Shown: positions 51,629 through 59,912 of the stretch, piece by piece
How the letters are laid out: each line of letters starts with the position of its first letter
How positions within the stretch are numbered: position 1 is the stretch's first letter
From: Trichormus sp. ATA11-4-KO1
GTDB taxonomy: Bacteria > Cyanobacteriota > Cyanobacteriia > Cyanobacteriales > Nostocaceae
Assembly (NCBI GenBank): GCA_019358915.1
Contig: JAHHIM010000055.1
Location: forward strand, 32,001-96,000
Reading direction: 5' to 3'
Length of the DNA: 64,000 nt
Notes under the pieces: generated by a model
What the model saw: the letters and a program-made list of their open reading frames with translations, nothing else
The model's database searches: none
Told to the model about the DNA's origin: nothing
Program-made: the position numbers and the translations under genes

Positions 51629-52525
51629 ATGGCAGTACGTCAAGATACTATTTGGGAAAATTTTCTATCTCCTGTAGTGCGTCTGTTGATTGATGAGGAG
51701 AAGTTGCGGCGTTACGCTGATAGTATTGACTGGGAGCAAGAGAGCGATCGCTTGCGAATATCTGATATCATTATTCCCTCATATTACAGTAGCCAAAACT
51801 TTCATGGTATTGAGGGCGGTTATCTCAACCCCCGTGCTGCGGTTTCCTACGATCCCATTACCCAATACGTTCTATTCCCTAACGAAACAGTAGTGCGTCA
51901 AACTTTGATTGATGCTATCAAAGTGCAACCACGACGCATACTAGATTTAGGCTGTGGTACAGGTTCCACTAGCTTGATGTTAAAACAGGCATTCCCCCAA
52001 GCAGAAGTTATCGGCTTGGATTTATCACCGTACATGCTAGTAAGAGCAGAAGACAAAGCTAGAAGTGTTGGTGTAGATATACTCTGGCAACACGGCAATG
52101 CTGAACAAACCAGTTTCAGTGATGCTACTTTTGACTTAATAACTGCTTCTTTACTATTTCATGAAACACCAAATGTAGTATGCCAAACAATTCTGCGGGA
52201 AAGCTTCCGATTGCTGGTAACTGGTGGACAGGTATTGATTCTCGATGGTAATCAAAATACCCTACGTCAGCTAGATTGGCTCAATGATGTATTTGAAGAG
52301 CCGTATATTCGTGAGTATGCTGCTGGTAGTTTAGATGCCAATATGGGTGCAGCTGGGTTTGAAGCAGTGCGAACTCAAGATGTATGGTGGATAAATCAGG
52401 TAACTAGCGGAGTGAAACCGATTTCCCATCATGCAAGGCAGTACATACCCACACCGACAGATACCACAATAGATAATAATGATTTGGAGGACTTCGGATC
52501 TCCCGTGTTTGGCATAATAGCATGA
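51629..52525 (+). CDS. Class I SAM-dependent methyltransferase
   Basis: ILDLGCGTG, GLDLSPYML, LLFHE. Confidence 0.92.
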   Translation: MAVRQDTIWENFLSPVVRLLIDEEKLRRYADSIDWEQESDRLRISDIIIPSYYSSQNFHGIEGGYLNPRAAVSYDPITQYVLFPNETVVRQTLIDAIKVQPRRILDLGCGTGSTSLMLKQAFPQAEVIGLDLSPYMLVRAEDKARSVGVDILWQHGNAEQTSFSDATFDLITASLLFHETPNVVCQTILRESFRLLVTGGQVLILDGNQNTLRQLDWLNDVFEEPYIREYAAGSLDANMGAAGFEAVRTQDVWWINQVTSGVKPISHHARQYIPTPTDTTIDNNDLEDFGSPVFGIIA

Positions 52526-53250
52526 GTTTAAAGGCAGTTTTATTTGATTTTAATGGTGTCATTATTAACGATGAGCGCATCCACCTACAATTGATAGATG
52601 AAATTCTCATTCAAGAAAATCTCCAACCACAAAAGGTGAGTGAGCGTCAAGCTTCTTTAGGACGCAGCGATCACGCTTGTTTTCAAGAACTGCTCACTAG
52701 CCGTGGTAGAGTTGCTAGCGAAGACTATTTAACGCAGTTGTTGCACCGCAAAGCACAAGCTTATGTGCGGGAAATAGAGAAATTAGAAAAACTGCCTTTA
52801 TATCCAGGTATAGAAGACTTAATATATCAGGTGCGATTGTGTAGTCTTAGACTAGGCTTAGTCAGTGGCGCTATTCGTCAAGAAATAGAAATGGTACTTA
52901 AACGCGCCAATCTAGCTGATTATTTTACAGTGATTGTAGCGGGTGATGATATTACCACCAGTAAACCCCAACCCGATGGTTATTTGCTAGCAATGGAAAG
53001 ATTTAATCAAATATATCCCGATTTGCATCTAAAACCACAAGAGTGTCTAGCAATTGAAGATACACTACCAGGAATTCAAGCGGCAAAACAAGCGCAAATG
53101 CAAGTAGTTGGTGTAGCGAATACCTACCCATTTCATATGCTTCAGCGTTGCTGTAACTGGACTGTAGATTATCTCATTGATTTAGAATTGGCACGGGTGC
53201 AGGAAGTTTATTCACAAAAAGAGCTTCAGCCTACTGTCGGGGAGTGTTAA
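52522..53250 (+). CDS. HAD-family phosphatase (CbbY/PGM-like; motif I DFNG)
   Basis: VLFDFNGVI, VSGA, KPQPDGY, IEDT..GIQAA. Confidence 0.9.
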   Translation: MSLKAVLFDFNGVIINDERIHLQLIDEILIQENLQPQKVSERQASLGRSDHACFQELLTSRGRVASEDYLTQLLHRKAQAYVREIEKLEKLPLYPGIEDLIYQVRLCSLRLGLVSGAIRQEIEMVLKRANLADYFTVIVAGDDITTSKPQPDGYLLAMERFNQIYPDLHLKPQECLAIEDTLPGIQAAKQAQMQVVGVANTYPFHMLQRCCNWTVDYLIDLELARVQEVYSQKELQPTVGEC

Positions 53251-53300
53251 AATATTCTTTGGTAGTTAAATGTCGATTTTAGGGCACATAGCTCAATCAA

Positions 53301-53373
53301 GGGGAATTAGCTCAGCTGGTAGAGCGCTGCGATCGCACCGCAGAGGTCAGGGATTCGAGTTCCCTATTCTCCA
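53301..53373 (+). tRNA. tRNA-Ala(CGC); probable prophage integration site
   Basis: GGGGAATTAGCTCAGCTGGTAGAGCG-CTGCG-AT-CGC-AC-CGCAG...ATTCTCCA with G3:U70. Confidence 0.95.
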
Positions 53374-53436
53374 TTTTGACATTAAATGTTAGCTTTATTA
53401 ACCCCGCTTGCTGTCCTAATGTTGTCTTAAAGAATA

Positions 53437-53778
53437 TCACAGTATTACTTGTATTTCTCCGTCCTGTTCATCAACCTGATAAAAACAAGTAATAGGGATT
53501 TCCCCGTCTTCCCCTAAGTACCCTACAAGCCTAAATGTTACGCCAGGGTATTGAGATAGCCCTAGTGTTAGGCTTTGCTCTAGTGACCTCAAGAGCCTGG
53601 GCAGGTCAGATACCACAGTAAACTCAACCCCACCTATACCAAAGTCGGGGGTCATCACCCTTTCTTCATATGTAGTCTGTAATATGTGCGCTATGACCTC
53701 AGGTATGGTTCTATCATACTCAGAGGTTAACTGTACTGTACCGTTTAGTATAGTTATAGGGTATTTAAAAGTAGTCAT
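53437..53778 (-). CDS. gp25/GPW-like baseplate wedge protein
   Basis: FKYPI...IAHILQTTYEERVMTPDFG resembles the gp25 motif il.T..GER.m.P.FG. Confidence 0.8.
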   Translation of the reverse strand: MTTFKYPITILNGTVQLTSEYDRTIPEVIAHILQTTYEERVMTPDFGIGGVEFTVVSDLPRLLRSLEQSLTLGLSQYPGVTFRLVGYLGEDGEIPITCFYQVDEQDGEIQVIL

Positions 53779-53798
53779 AGTTTACCTATATTTAGTCA

Positions 53799-53820
53799 GG
53801 TTGACTAAGTACCAATAACC
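53799..53820 (+). promoter_or_regulatory. Phage promoter/operator cassette 1 (degenerate)
   Basis: GGTTGAC-TAAGTACC-AATAACC. Confidence 0.45.
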
Positions 53821-53833
53821 ATTGAGGTAACTT

Positions 53834-54004
53834 ATGATTGTTAGTCCTGATAGACTTTATCGCGTACTTGAACACTTGGATTCAGCCCTAGCCGAGTTAC
53901 AGGAAGCATCTGTAGAATCGCCGACTGACCGTACACTTCGCAGGGTTATTACTATTGTCATTACAGCCTTAGCTGTACTACGGTTTTACGTGGCTACTAA
54001 CTAG
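53834..54004 (+). CDS. Small phage protein (56 aa)
   Basis: GAGG RBS, MIVSPDRLYRVLEHLDSALAELQEA...; not in the ORF track. Confidence 0.65.
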   Translation: MIVSPDRLYRVLEHLDSALAELQEASVESPTDRTLRRVITIVITALAVLRFYVATN

Positions 54005-54035
54005 GGTTGACAGTTAAGGTTAACCTGGTTATAAT
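54002..54035 (+). promoter_or_regulatory. Phage promoter/operator cassette 2
   Basis: TTGACA-17 bp-TATAAT (perfect consensus) with GGTTGAC-N7-GTTAACC. Confidence 0.85.
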
Positions 54036-54064
54036 ATTATTTATAATACTAGGTTAACTGATTT

Positions 54065-54301
54065 ATGGAACTCGTTAGAGATAATAAACCCGCGCCTGTT
54101 TACCCGTTGGAAGTGGCGAGAGAGTTGCCAGCAGGGGTTATCAGAGCATTTTGGCACCCTGAATATGGTAGACTATACCTATGGGATGACGTTAAGTATG
54201 CGTTTGATTATGAGGGTAAAACGGGTAACTCAGTAGTAAGATACATGAAAGGTAACTTACAAAATCCCGCTCTGGGTCTCCTCTGGCTAGAGAGAGAGTG
54301 A
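54065..54301 (+). CDS. Phage protein, BRO-N-like fragment
   Basis: IRAFWHPEYGRLYLWDDVKYAFDY resembles BRO N-terminal pattern. Confidence 0.55.
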   Translation: MELVRDNKPAPVYPLEVARELPAGVIRAFWHPEYGRLYLWDDVKYAFDYEGKTGNSVVRYMKGNLQNPALGLLWLERE

Positions 54302-54588
54302 GTGTCAGATTTAAGTTAACCGAGTTTCAAAAATGTAAATCCCATATTTGGCTCACCGCAAGGGGTTTTGTTTTAACACTAGAACATTCTAAATCACCTA
54401 ATATAGTAAAACTTAAGCAAGCTATAGAAGCTCAAGTAGACTGGGAGTTGTTCAAGGTAACTTTTATGAGTCATGGGTTCTCTCAGCTATCCCCACAATC
54501 TAACACTAGATTAGCTATGGAAGTTGAACTAGAGAAAAAGATTTTACCATATTCACAACGCACCATTTTAAGCCTAAAATCTGCTTAA
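54298..54588 (+). CDS. Phage hypothetical protein (possibly second half of a BRO-like gene)
   Basis: 4-nt overlap with the upstream ORF; WLTARGFVLTLEHSKSP resembles the BRO C-terminal half. Confidence 0.5.
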   Translation: MSVRFKLTEFQKCKSHIWLTARGFVLTLEHSKSPNIVKLKQAIEAQVDWELFKVTFMSHGFSQLSPQSNTRLAMEVELEKKILPYSQRTILSLKSA

Positions 54589-55106
54589 ACCCACCCCTTG
54601 GTAACTAAAGTATCATTACGGCTGTCCATGGCTCCCACAGTGCAAACTTGGGAGCCATTTATGGTTACAGATGTTGCCTGAGTAAACTCCACAGACTCAG
54701 CCGCCATAGTTAACCCTGTAACCCCTGTAATCTCCATATTACCCTCAGGCTTTACTGTAACTATCACCGATCCTACTTTGATTACTAGGTCATCTCCTGA
54801 GTTAATCACAGGATTACGTAGGTTCTGCATAGACCCAAAATATACCCCTTGATGCGGGTCTCCATCAATGAAGCCCATTAAGACGGTTTCACCCGCTAAG
54901 GGTAATGGGGGGCTAAATGAACTAAATGGTAATGAGCGGTATAGCCAGTTAGTGTTAGACCTGCCCCCCTTAGAAGCGTCTAAGCACTGGATACGTCCTA
55001 AGCCTAAGGGGTCGTCAGTTACACTAACTATCCCGTAGGCTAACCCTTGCACTCGACCTTGTAGTCCTTGGTTAGCTTTGACCAAATCTGCGAAAATGTC
55101 CATCAC
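54585..55106 (-). CDS. Baseplate assembly protein V / tail spike (gpV-like)
   Basis: GIVSVTDDPLGLGRIQ, PLAGETVLMGFIDGDPHQGVYFG (OB fold), beta-repeat C-terminus. Confidence 0.88.
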   Translation of the reverse strand: MMDIFADLVKANQGLQGRVQGLAYGIVSVTDDPLGLGRIQCLDASKGGRSNTNWLYRSLPFSSFSPPLPLAGETVLMGFIDGDPHQGVYFGSMQNLRNPVINSGDDLVIKVGSVIVTVKPEGNMEITGVTGLTMAAESVEFTQATSVTINGSQVCTVGAMDSRNDTLVTKGWV

Positions 55107-55771
55107 TTAATAATCCCTTGTACTCTTAGGTCTGCTACTCTGAAGGTACCCGCAACGCCCCCGGATTTATAAGTTACCGTGACGTTACCGACCTCATCTG
55201 TGGCTACATTAACGCTTTGGTTTCTAATATTTAACTTAGCCCTTTTACCTGAGTTTTTTAGGGCTTCCGTTACCGAGTTAGTTATATTCTGCCGTTCTCT
55301 AGGTGTGTAAGTTACCTGAGGCTTACCAATAGTGCTAGGGGTGACCGCTACGGGTTCTCTACTAATGAGTAAGTCTAAGTTAGCCTCAGCCTGTGTGACT
55401 TTACCCGATCTCCATTGCTGCTCTACGGGCGTAAACCTGAGTATATGACAACGCTCGATAGATGTAGAGCTAAAGCTAAACCTTAAACTAGCTCCTGAGA
55501 TACACCATGATGTTAGTTGCTGTATGGTATCAGTAACGTCCTTAGTCATACCTTGGGATATAAAAAGTATCCGAGGGATTACTAAGGTACTAGTAGAGCT
55601 ATTCCAGCGTGTATCTGGTTTATCAGTCCCCAATACGCTATTAGTTGCATAAGTAGCTTGGTGCGACCACTGCAACTTTTCAGGGTCTAGTAGAAAGTTA
55701 TAAGTTATCTTACCGTCAGATAGGGTAGCCCCCGTAGTCCCTAAGGGCTTATCAGGTAGTCTATCTTGCAT
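55103..55771 (-). CDS. Putative tail-tube initiator / baseplate protein
   Basis: FLLDPEKLQWS..ATY motif; position directly after the tape measure gene. Confidence 0.6.
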   Translation of the reverse strand: MQDRLPDKPLGTTGATLSDGKITYNFLLDPEKLQWSHQATYATNSVLGTDKPDTRWNSSTSTLVIPRILFISQGMTKDVTDTIQQLTSWCISGASLRFSFSSTSIERCHILRFTPVEQQWRSGKVTQAEANLDLLISREPVAVTPSTIGKPQVTYTPRERQNITNSVTEALKNSGKRAKLNIRNQSVNVATDEVGNVTVTYKSGGVAGTFRVADLRVQGIIK

Positions 55772-55785
55772 TTATTACTATTAAG

Positions 55786-57621
55786 TCAGGCTAGGCTATT
55801 CTGTTGATATTGTACATATGCTTGGTTTAGGGCTTGCAGCATAGCTTGCGCGTTCTCTTGGGGGTTACCATTTTGTACTGGTACATTTATAGTAGGCGCA
55901 AATGATTGCTTAGTCTCTTTGGCTATAGGTACACTAGGTAGCGGTAATCCAGGGGTGACTACAGGTTCTACGGGGGTAGATTTAGTATCACTAGGGTTTA
56001 GCACGTTACCTATTATTCCACCACCAGATTTCAGTGCACCTAAAAGCCCATTATCCCCTAGAGGATTTAATCTACCAACTACACCTCCTAAGGCACCTAA
56101 AGGATCAGTAGTAACACGGTTCACACCAGTCTTAACTGTTACCCCAACGTTAGGTATTATATTACCTACCCAGTTGGTAATGTAATCGAACAAGCGCTTT
56201 ATGGCTGACCCTAACTCGTCTAAGTTACCTTGGATAGCTCCTAGGATAAACCCACCAATAAAGTCACCCAACCCATACAGAGCTTTTAAGATACCTACAG
56301 TAACGGTTCCCCAATCTACGCGGGTGAATAGCATGGTAAACAGTTGACCCGTCAAGAAACCTAGCTGTTTGCCTAGTTCCCCCCAGTTTACAGCTTTAAT
56401 GGCATTACCCGTACCCTTCAGAGTGTTATTAAGCCCGTTGAACAGGTTAACAAATAAGTTACTGATGTACTTAGTAATGTCTGAAGCCTTACCTCCTTCC
56501 AAAGTGCCTGTAACGGTGTTAGTAAGGTCGGTGAACCAGTCTAGTGTGGCAATAATACCCGACATAGGGTCGAAGCCAAAGATTTCATTACCTTTCAGGA
56601 TACCTAATGAGTTAAAAAGGGTACCTAGGTTAGTCATAAACCCTTGAACAGCGTCTAACCCCGACCGCCCTCCGGCACTTCCTAACTTTCTTAGAAAACC
56701 AAATAAACCTATATCCGTATCGAACAGGTTGGTATTGGCTAAGGCAATCATAGACTCTACTGTACCATCAAACTCCGCTATAGTTTCATCTGCTACAGCT
56801 TGTCTGGCTGCTACTTTAAGTATTTTAGCTCTAGTTTCGGTGGTCAATGATTTCCAGTCTGCGTCGGACTTTCCAATGATTTTGAGTTGCTCATCTATAA
56901 ACTTACGGAGTAGCGGGTTCTTCTGAAATATATCATTAGTCCCAAAGGCTTCCCCAATACTCATACTACCTGCTAATACGCGGTTAAGCGCGCTACCGCC
57001 CATATTAGCATCTACACCACGGATGCTGGCTAGTACCCCAAAGCGTTTAGTTAGCTCCAATGAATCCTCACGGAACTTATCAATATTACCTTTAGAGTAC
57101 CCGGCTACTGTAGCGGATATCTGGCTATTTATAGCATTATATTCGGCGTTTTCCCCCGGTAGAGCCGCAGCCATCTTAGATATCTCTATACGGGTGTCTT
57201 GTACCAGTTCTTTAGCCCTGCCAAAGTTGATCCCTAACTGGCTACTTAGGTCACCCGCTTGGGCTAACCCTAAAGTCTGGGACTTGGCGGCACTCTGAAC
57301 CGTGCCTGTCATTTTCTGTATACCACTGGTGACTAGGGATACCGCAGCCATTACCCCTGCTGCTCCTAAGTTACCAAATAATATAGACCCCGCTAGCCCT
57401 CCTTGTCCTTGTTCAGCTTGTCCGCCTAAACCCTCCCTAAGTCCGCTTAGGTTAGCCTTAAGTGTGGATAGTTGCATAGGGTTTAGCCCTTGTATATCCT
57501 TCAAGCTTAGGTTAGCTCTGGTGGTAGCCCCCACCGCTTCTATATTTTTCTTTATCTTGGATAACTCAGGGGATAAAAGATCCTTAGCAGTTAGCGTAAC
57601 TTGTATTTTATTACCGACCAT
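55786..57621 (-). CDS. Tail tape measure protein
   Basis: KIQVTLTAKDLLSPEL N-terminus; G/A/L-rich amphipathic repeats (VNWGELG, VDWGTV). Confidence 0.85.
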   Translation of the reverse strand: MVGNKIQVTLTAKDLLSPELSKIKKNIEAVGATTRANLSLKDIQGLNPMQLSTLKANLSGLREGLGGQAEQGQGGLAGSILFGNLGAAGVMAAVSLVTSGIQKMTGTVQSAAKSQTLGLAQAGDLSSQLGINFGRAKELVQDTRIEISKMAAALPGENAEYNAINSQISATVAGYSKGNIDKFREDSLELTKRFGVLASIRGVDANMGGSALNRVLAGSMSIGEAFGTNDIFQKNPLLRKFIDEQLKIIGKSDADWKSLTTETRAKILKVAARQAVADETIAEFDGTVESMIALANTNLFDTDIGLFGFLRKLGSAGGRSGLDAVQGFMTNLGTLFNSLGILKGNEIFGFDPMSGIIATLDWFTDLTNTVTGTLEGGKASDITKYISNLFVNLFNGLNNTLKGTGNAIKAVNWGELGKQLGFLTGQLFTMLFTRVDWGTVTVGILKALYGLGDFIGGFILGAIQGNLDELGSAIKRLFDYITNWVGNIIPNVGVTVKTGVNRVTTDPLGALGGVVGRLNPLGDNGLLGALKSGGGIIGNVLNPSDTKSTPVEPVVTPGLPLPSVPIAKETKQSFAPTINVPVQNGNPQENAQAMLQALNQAYVQYQQNSLA

Positions 57622-57652
57622 GTTGACAGTTATGGTTAACCCAGTGTATAGT
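57621..57652 (+). promoter_or_regulatory. Phage promoter/operator cassette 3
   Basis: TTGACA-18 bp-TATAGT with TGTTGAC-N7-GTTAACC; abuts the tape-measure start codon. Confidence 0.75.
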
Positions 57653-57679
57653 GATAAGTGTAGTTAAATAAAGATAGTC

Positions 57680-57970
57680 ATGGAACCGTTAACTGAAAGA
57701 TTATCAATGCAAGCTTATATCGCAGGGTATCAAAGTATAGACTCATGGTTAGCCGCACTAGAGGAGGGTGAGATACGTCAAGTTAAGGCAAAACTCTACC
57801 ATGTGGCTTTAACCGAAGACGCATGTAAGTATCTAGATATCCTAAAAATAACAGCATATCTCAGGGGTTGTACTCTCCTAGCACTAGACCCTGATGAAGC
57901 TTTTGAAACCTTTAGAGATTGTTATAACCCGCACGTTAACGAGTTTATGGTACTCATCGAGGAAATCTAA
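57680..57970 (+). CDS. Phage hypothetical protein
   Basis: 96-aa ORF behind cassette 3. Confidence 0.7.
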   Translation: MEPLTERLSMQAYIAGYQSIDSWLAALEEGEIRQVKAKLYHVALTEDACKYLDILKITAYLRGCTLLALDPDEAFETFRDCYNPHVNEFMVLIEEI

Positions 57971-58486
57971 ATGGTACACGAGTTATTAGGTAACCATAAA
58001 GCATCTTCAGAATGGTATACCCCTGAAGACATTTGGGGTAGAATCCGGCTTATTTTTAACGAGGATCACGTGTATGACCCTTGTCCCGCAGGGGGTTTGG
58101 CAGGTTTAGAAGCAGATTGGAGTTTATTTAACAATATTTACGTAAACCCACCTACCCCCGCAGCACCTTGGGCTTTAAAAGCACTTCAGACACATAAAGA
58201 CAATCCTGAGGTTGACATCATATTTGCTTGTTTCTCTGAAGCTGTTCTATGGCAAGTTAACGAACTTCAAGACCATTTAGTCTGCTGGGTACGTAAAAGG
58301 ATTAGCTGGATAGACGGCAACCAGACCGTTAAGGGTAAACCTAACTCTAACTATCTGAAACCTGCGAAGTCACCTAGAAACTATAATGCCTTTGTTTGCT
58401 TAACCAATAACCCTGAGATACGTCACAGGTTTCTTTTCCGTTTCCAAGACCTTGGTACTATTAGAACATCTATACCCTTAAACTAA
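57971..58486 (+). CDS. Phage Dam-like N6-adenine methyltransferase homolog (atypical NPPT motif)
   Basis: SEWYTP, YDPC, DW..IYVNPPT, RKRISW. Confidence 0.7.
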   Translation: MVHELLGNHKASSEWYTPEDIWGRIRLIFNEDHVYDPCPAGGLAGLEADWSLFNNIYVNPPTPAAPWALKALQTHKDNPEVDIIFACFSEAVLWQVNELQDHLVCWVRKRISWIDGNQTVKGKPNSNYLKPAKSPRNYNAFVCLTNNPEIRHRFLFRFQDLGTIRTSIPLN

Positions 58487-58689
58487 CTCCGTATCTCTGA
58501 TAATACTTCTAGGGTCTCAATAACCCTCCAGAGTTCCCAGTCTTCCCAACATACAGCTAACCCTACACTATAGCCACCTGAAGCACTCAAGGTGGCTTTT
58601 ACAATATCGTACCTGGCAAAAGCCCGCCCGGATAATGTGAATATCCAGATACCGTTATACTGCCTTCTGATTGAAAACTGGAAAGCTAT
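58483..58689 (-). CDS. Tail chaperone frameshift extension (T part of G/GT)
   Basis: 68-codon ATG-less +1 frame overlapping the end of the chaperone gene, ending WEDWELWRVIETLEVLSEIRS. Confidence 0.55.
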   Translation of the reverse strand: MAFQFSIRRQYNGIWIFTLSGRAFARYDIVKATLSASGGYSVGLAVCWEDWELWRVIETLEVLSEIRS

Positions 58690-58939
58690 TGGTTACAAGA
58701 CCTCCTAGCTCGTTTAGGGTTTCGGCGGGCATATCTAATACCTCATCAACGGTCAGCATATCTGTACTCAGTGCTGACAGGATAACCGCCATCACTTCCA
58801 CGGGTACGCTATCATCCTTAAGCGATCGCTGGATAGTTGCTAAGTCCCGACCCTTGGGCTGTCGAAATCCATAAGGTCTATCAAGTGTAACTGTGAGGTT
58901 ACCAGAGCTGTCAAAAACTGCTTTAGGTTTACTAGGCAT
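58655..58939 (-). CDS. Tail assembly chaperone (G)
   Basis: FRQPKGRDL...LTVDEVLDMPAETLNEL resembles Mu gp41/P2 E-type chaperones; lies upstream of the tape measure gene. Confidence 0.75.
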   Translation of the reverse strand: MPSKPKAVFDSSGNLTVTLDRPYGFRQPKGRDLATIQRSLKDDSVPVEVMAVILSALSTDMLTVDEVLDMPAETLNELGGLVTNSFPVFNQKAV

Positions 58940-58972
58940 AGGTTTTAGCTTATTTAAGATTATTTAGTCAAA

Positions 58973-59006
58973 TAGGGTTGACACTCAGTGTACACTCCGT
59001 TAATAT
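58973..59006 (+). promoter_or_regulatory. Phage promoter/operator cassette 4
   Basis: TAGGGTTGACA-CTCAGTGTACACTCCGT-TAATAT. Confidence 0.7.
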
Positions 59007-59036
59007 AAGGGTATAAGTAAATAGCGAAGAAAACTT

Positions 59037-59201
59037 ATGAGTCCCCAAGAACGAGCTAGAGCTATCTCCGCCAAGTACAACCTAGAGAATCCCGCAGAAG
59101 CAGCCTTGATCAGACTTGAAAGAGAAACCCGGATGGAAAACGCCGAACTGCAAGCTGACCTCCAACTCCGACAGTACCAACTAAGAGTAACACAAGAGTA
59201 A
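59037..59201 (+). CDS. Small phage protein (54 aa)
   Basis: MSPQERARAISAKYNLENPAEAALIRLERE...; not in the ORF track. Confidence 0.65.
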   Translation: MSPQERARAISAKYNLENPAEAALIRLERETRMENAELQADLQLRQYQLRVTQE

Positions 59202-59235
59202 TAGGGTTGACAGTTGTGGTTAACCCGGTTATAGT
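59202..59235 (+). promoter_or_regulatory. Phage promoter/operator cassette 5
   Basis: TTGACA-17 bp-TATAGT with GGTTGAC-N7-GTTAACC. Confidence 0.82.
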
Positions 59236-59262
59236 AGATACATAGAGAACAAAGGAGCCGAT

Positions 59263-59490
59263 ATGAGCCGCACACAGAGGGATATACAATACAGCAATGA
59301 TGCAGGAATCCGGATAGTTCGTTTCAGAAATAACCAAAGGCTCGAACAGCAGGCAATAGACGAACTTTATGATTATGGGTTACTCCCTAACCCTAGGCTC
59401 ATGGTTAGGGCTAACCGCCTAACCCATCCTAACGACGATTTAACCATATCTGCGGTATTAGAAACCTATATAAGAGAAGACGATGAGTAA
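59263..59490 (+). CDS. Small phage protein (75 aa)
   Basis: AAGGAG RBS behind cassette 5. Confidence 0.75.
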   Translation: MSRTQRDIQYSNDAGIRIVRFRNNQRLEQQAIDELYDYGLLPNPRLMVRANRLTHPNDDLTISAVLETYIREDDE

Positions 59491-59641
59491 AGAACCCGAT
59501 TTATTAGTTAGTGATACTACCGTGATTGTTACCGTACAGGAGTCGGCAGATACTCAGGTCATTTATGAGGCACCTGCTAATGAATATGCGGATTTCTTAG
59601 AGGCTAATAATCAAGCCGACCAAGCCCGTAACCGTAAGTGA
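59483..59641 (+). CDS. Small acidic phage protein (52 aa)
   Basis: MSKEPDLLVSDTTVIVTVQESADTQVIYEAPANEYADFLE...; overlaps the upstream stop. Confidence 0.6.
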   Translation: MSKEPDLLVSDTTVIVTVQESADTQVIYEAPANEYADFLEANNQADQARNRK

Positions 59642-59643
59642 TT

Positions 59644-59667
59644 TAGGTTGACAGTACCCATTAACCC
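59644..59667 (+). promoter_or_regulatory. Phage promoter/operator cassette 6 (no clear -10 at 17 bp)
   Basis: TAGGTTGACAGTACCCATTAACCC. Confidence 0.55.
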
Positions 59668-59714
59668 TATCAGGTGTGCTATGAAGGTTTTACTCTAAAA
59701 ATGTTATTCTTTAC

Positions 59715-59775
59715 GTAGACGTTGAAACCTGCGTACGCCGAGGTGGTCACCCATTACCTAACGGTAAATGTCTAC
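59715..59775. ncRNA. Candidate structured RNA (multi-stem junction)
   Basis: Closing stem GTAGACGTT/AATGTCTAC enclosing three hairpins, in an ORF-free gap between cassette 6 and a terminator. Confidence 0.35.
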
Positions 59776-59816
59776 TACTACCACTAAAATAAGATTGTAA
59801 TATTTTGTACATCATA

Positions 59817-59842
59817 ACCCCCTAACCACTTAGGGGCTTTTT
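59817..59842 (+). terminator. Intrinsic terminator
   Basis: CCCCTAA-CCAC-TTAGGGG followed by CTTTTT. Confidence 0.7.
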
Positions 59843-59850
59843 ATTGTTTA

Positions 59851-59884
59851 TAGGGTTGACACTGAGTGTACACTCAGTTATAAT
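59851..59884 (+). promoter_or_regulatory. Phage promoter/operator cassette 7
   Basis: TTGACA-17 bp-TATAAT; the spacer forms the 18-bp palindrome ACTGAGTGTACACTCAGT. Confidence 0.87.
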
Positions 59885-59912
59885 AGAGAAGTAAAGAGAC
59901 AAAGGTTAAATC

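Noticed and set aside
55919..57667. Series of plus-strand ORFs opposite the tape measure gene
   Set aside because: Antisense shadow frames of the real gene, like many other short track ORFs inside core genes
59721..59728. GTTGAAAC, a CRISPR repeat 3' handle (possible solitary repeat or mini-array)
   Set aside because: Only 8 nt match, with no second repeat or recognisable repeat hairpin; kept only as part of the RNA candidate
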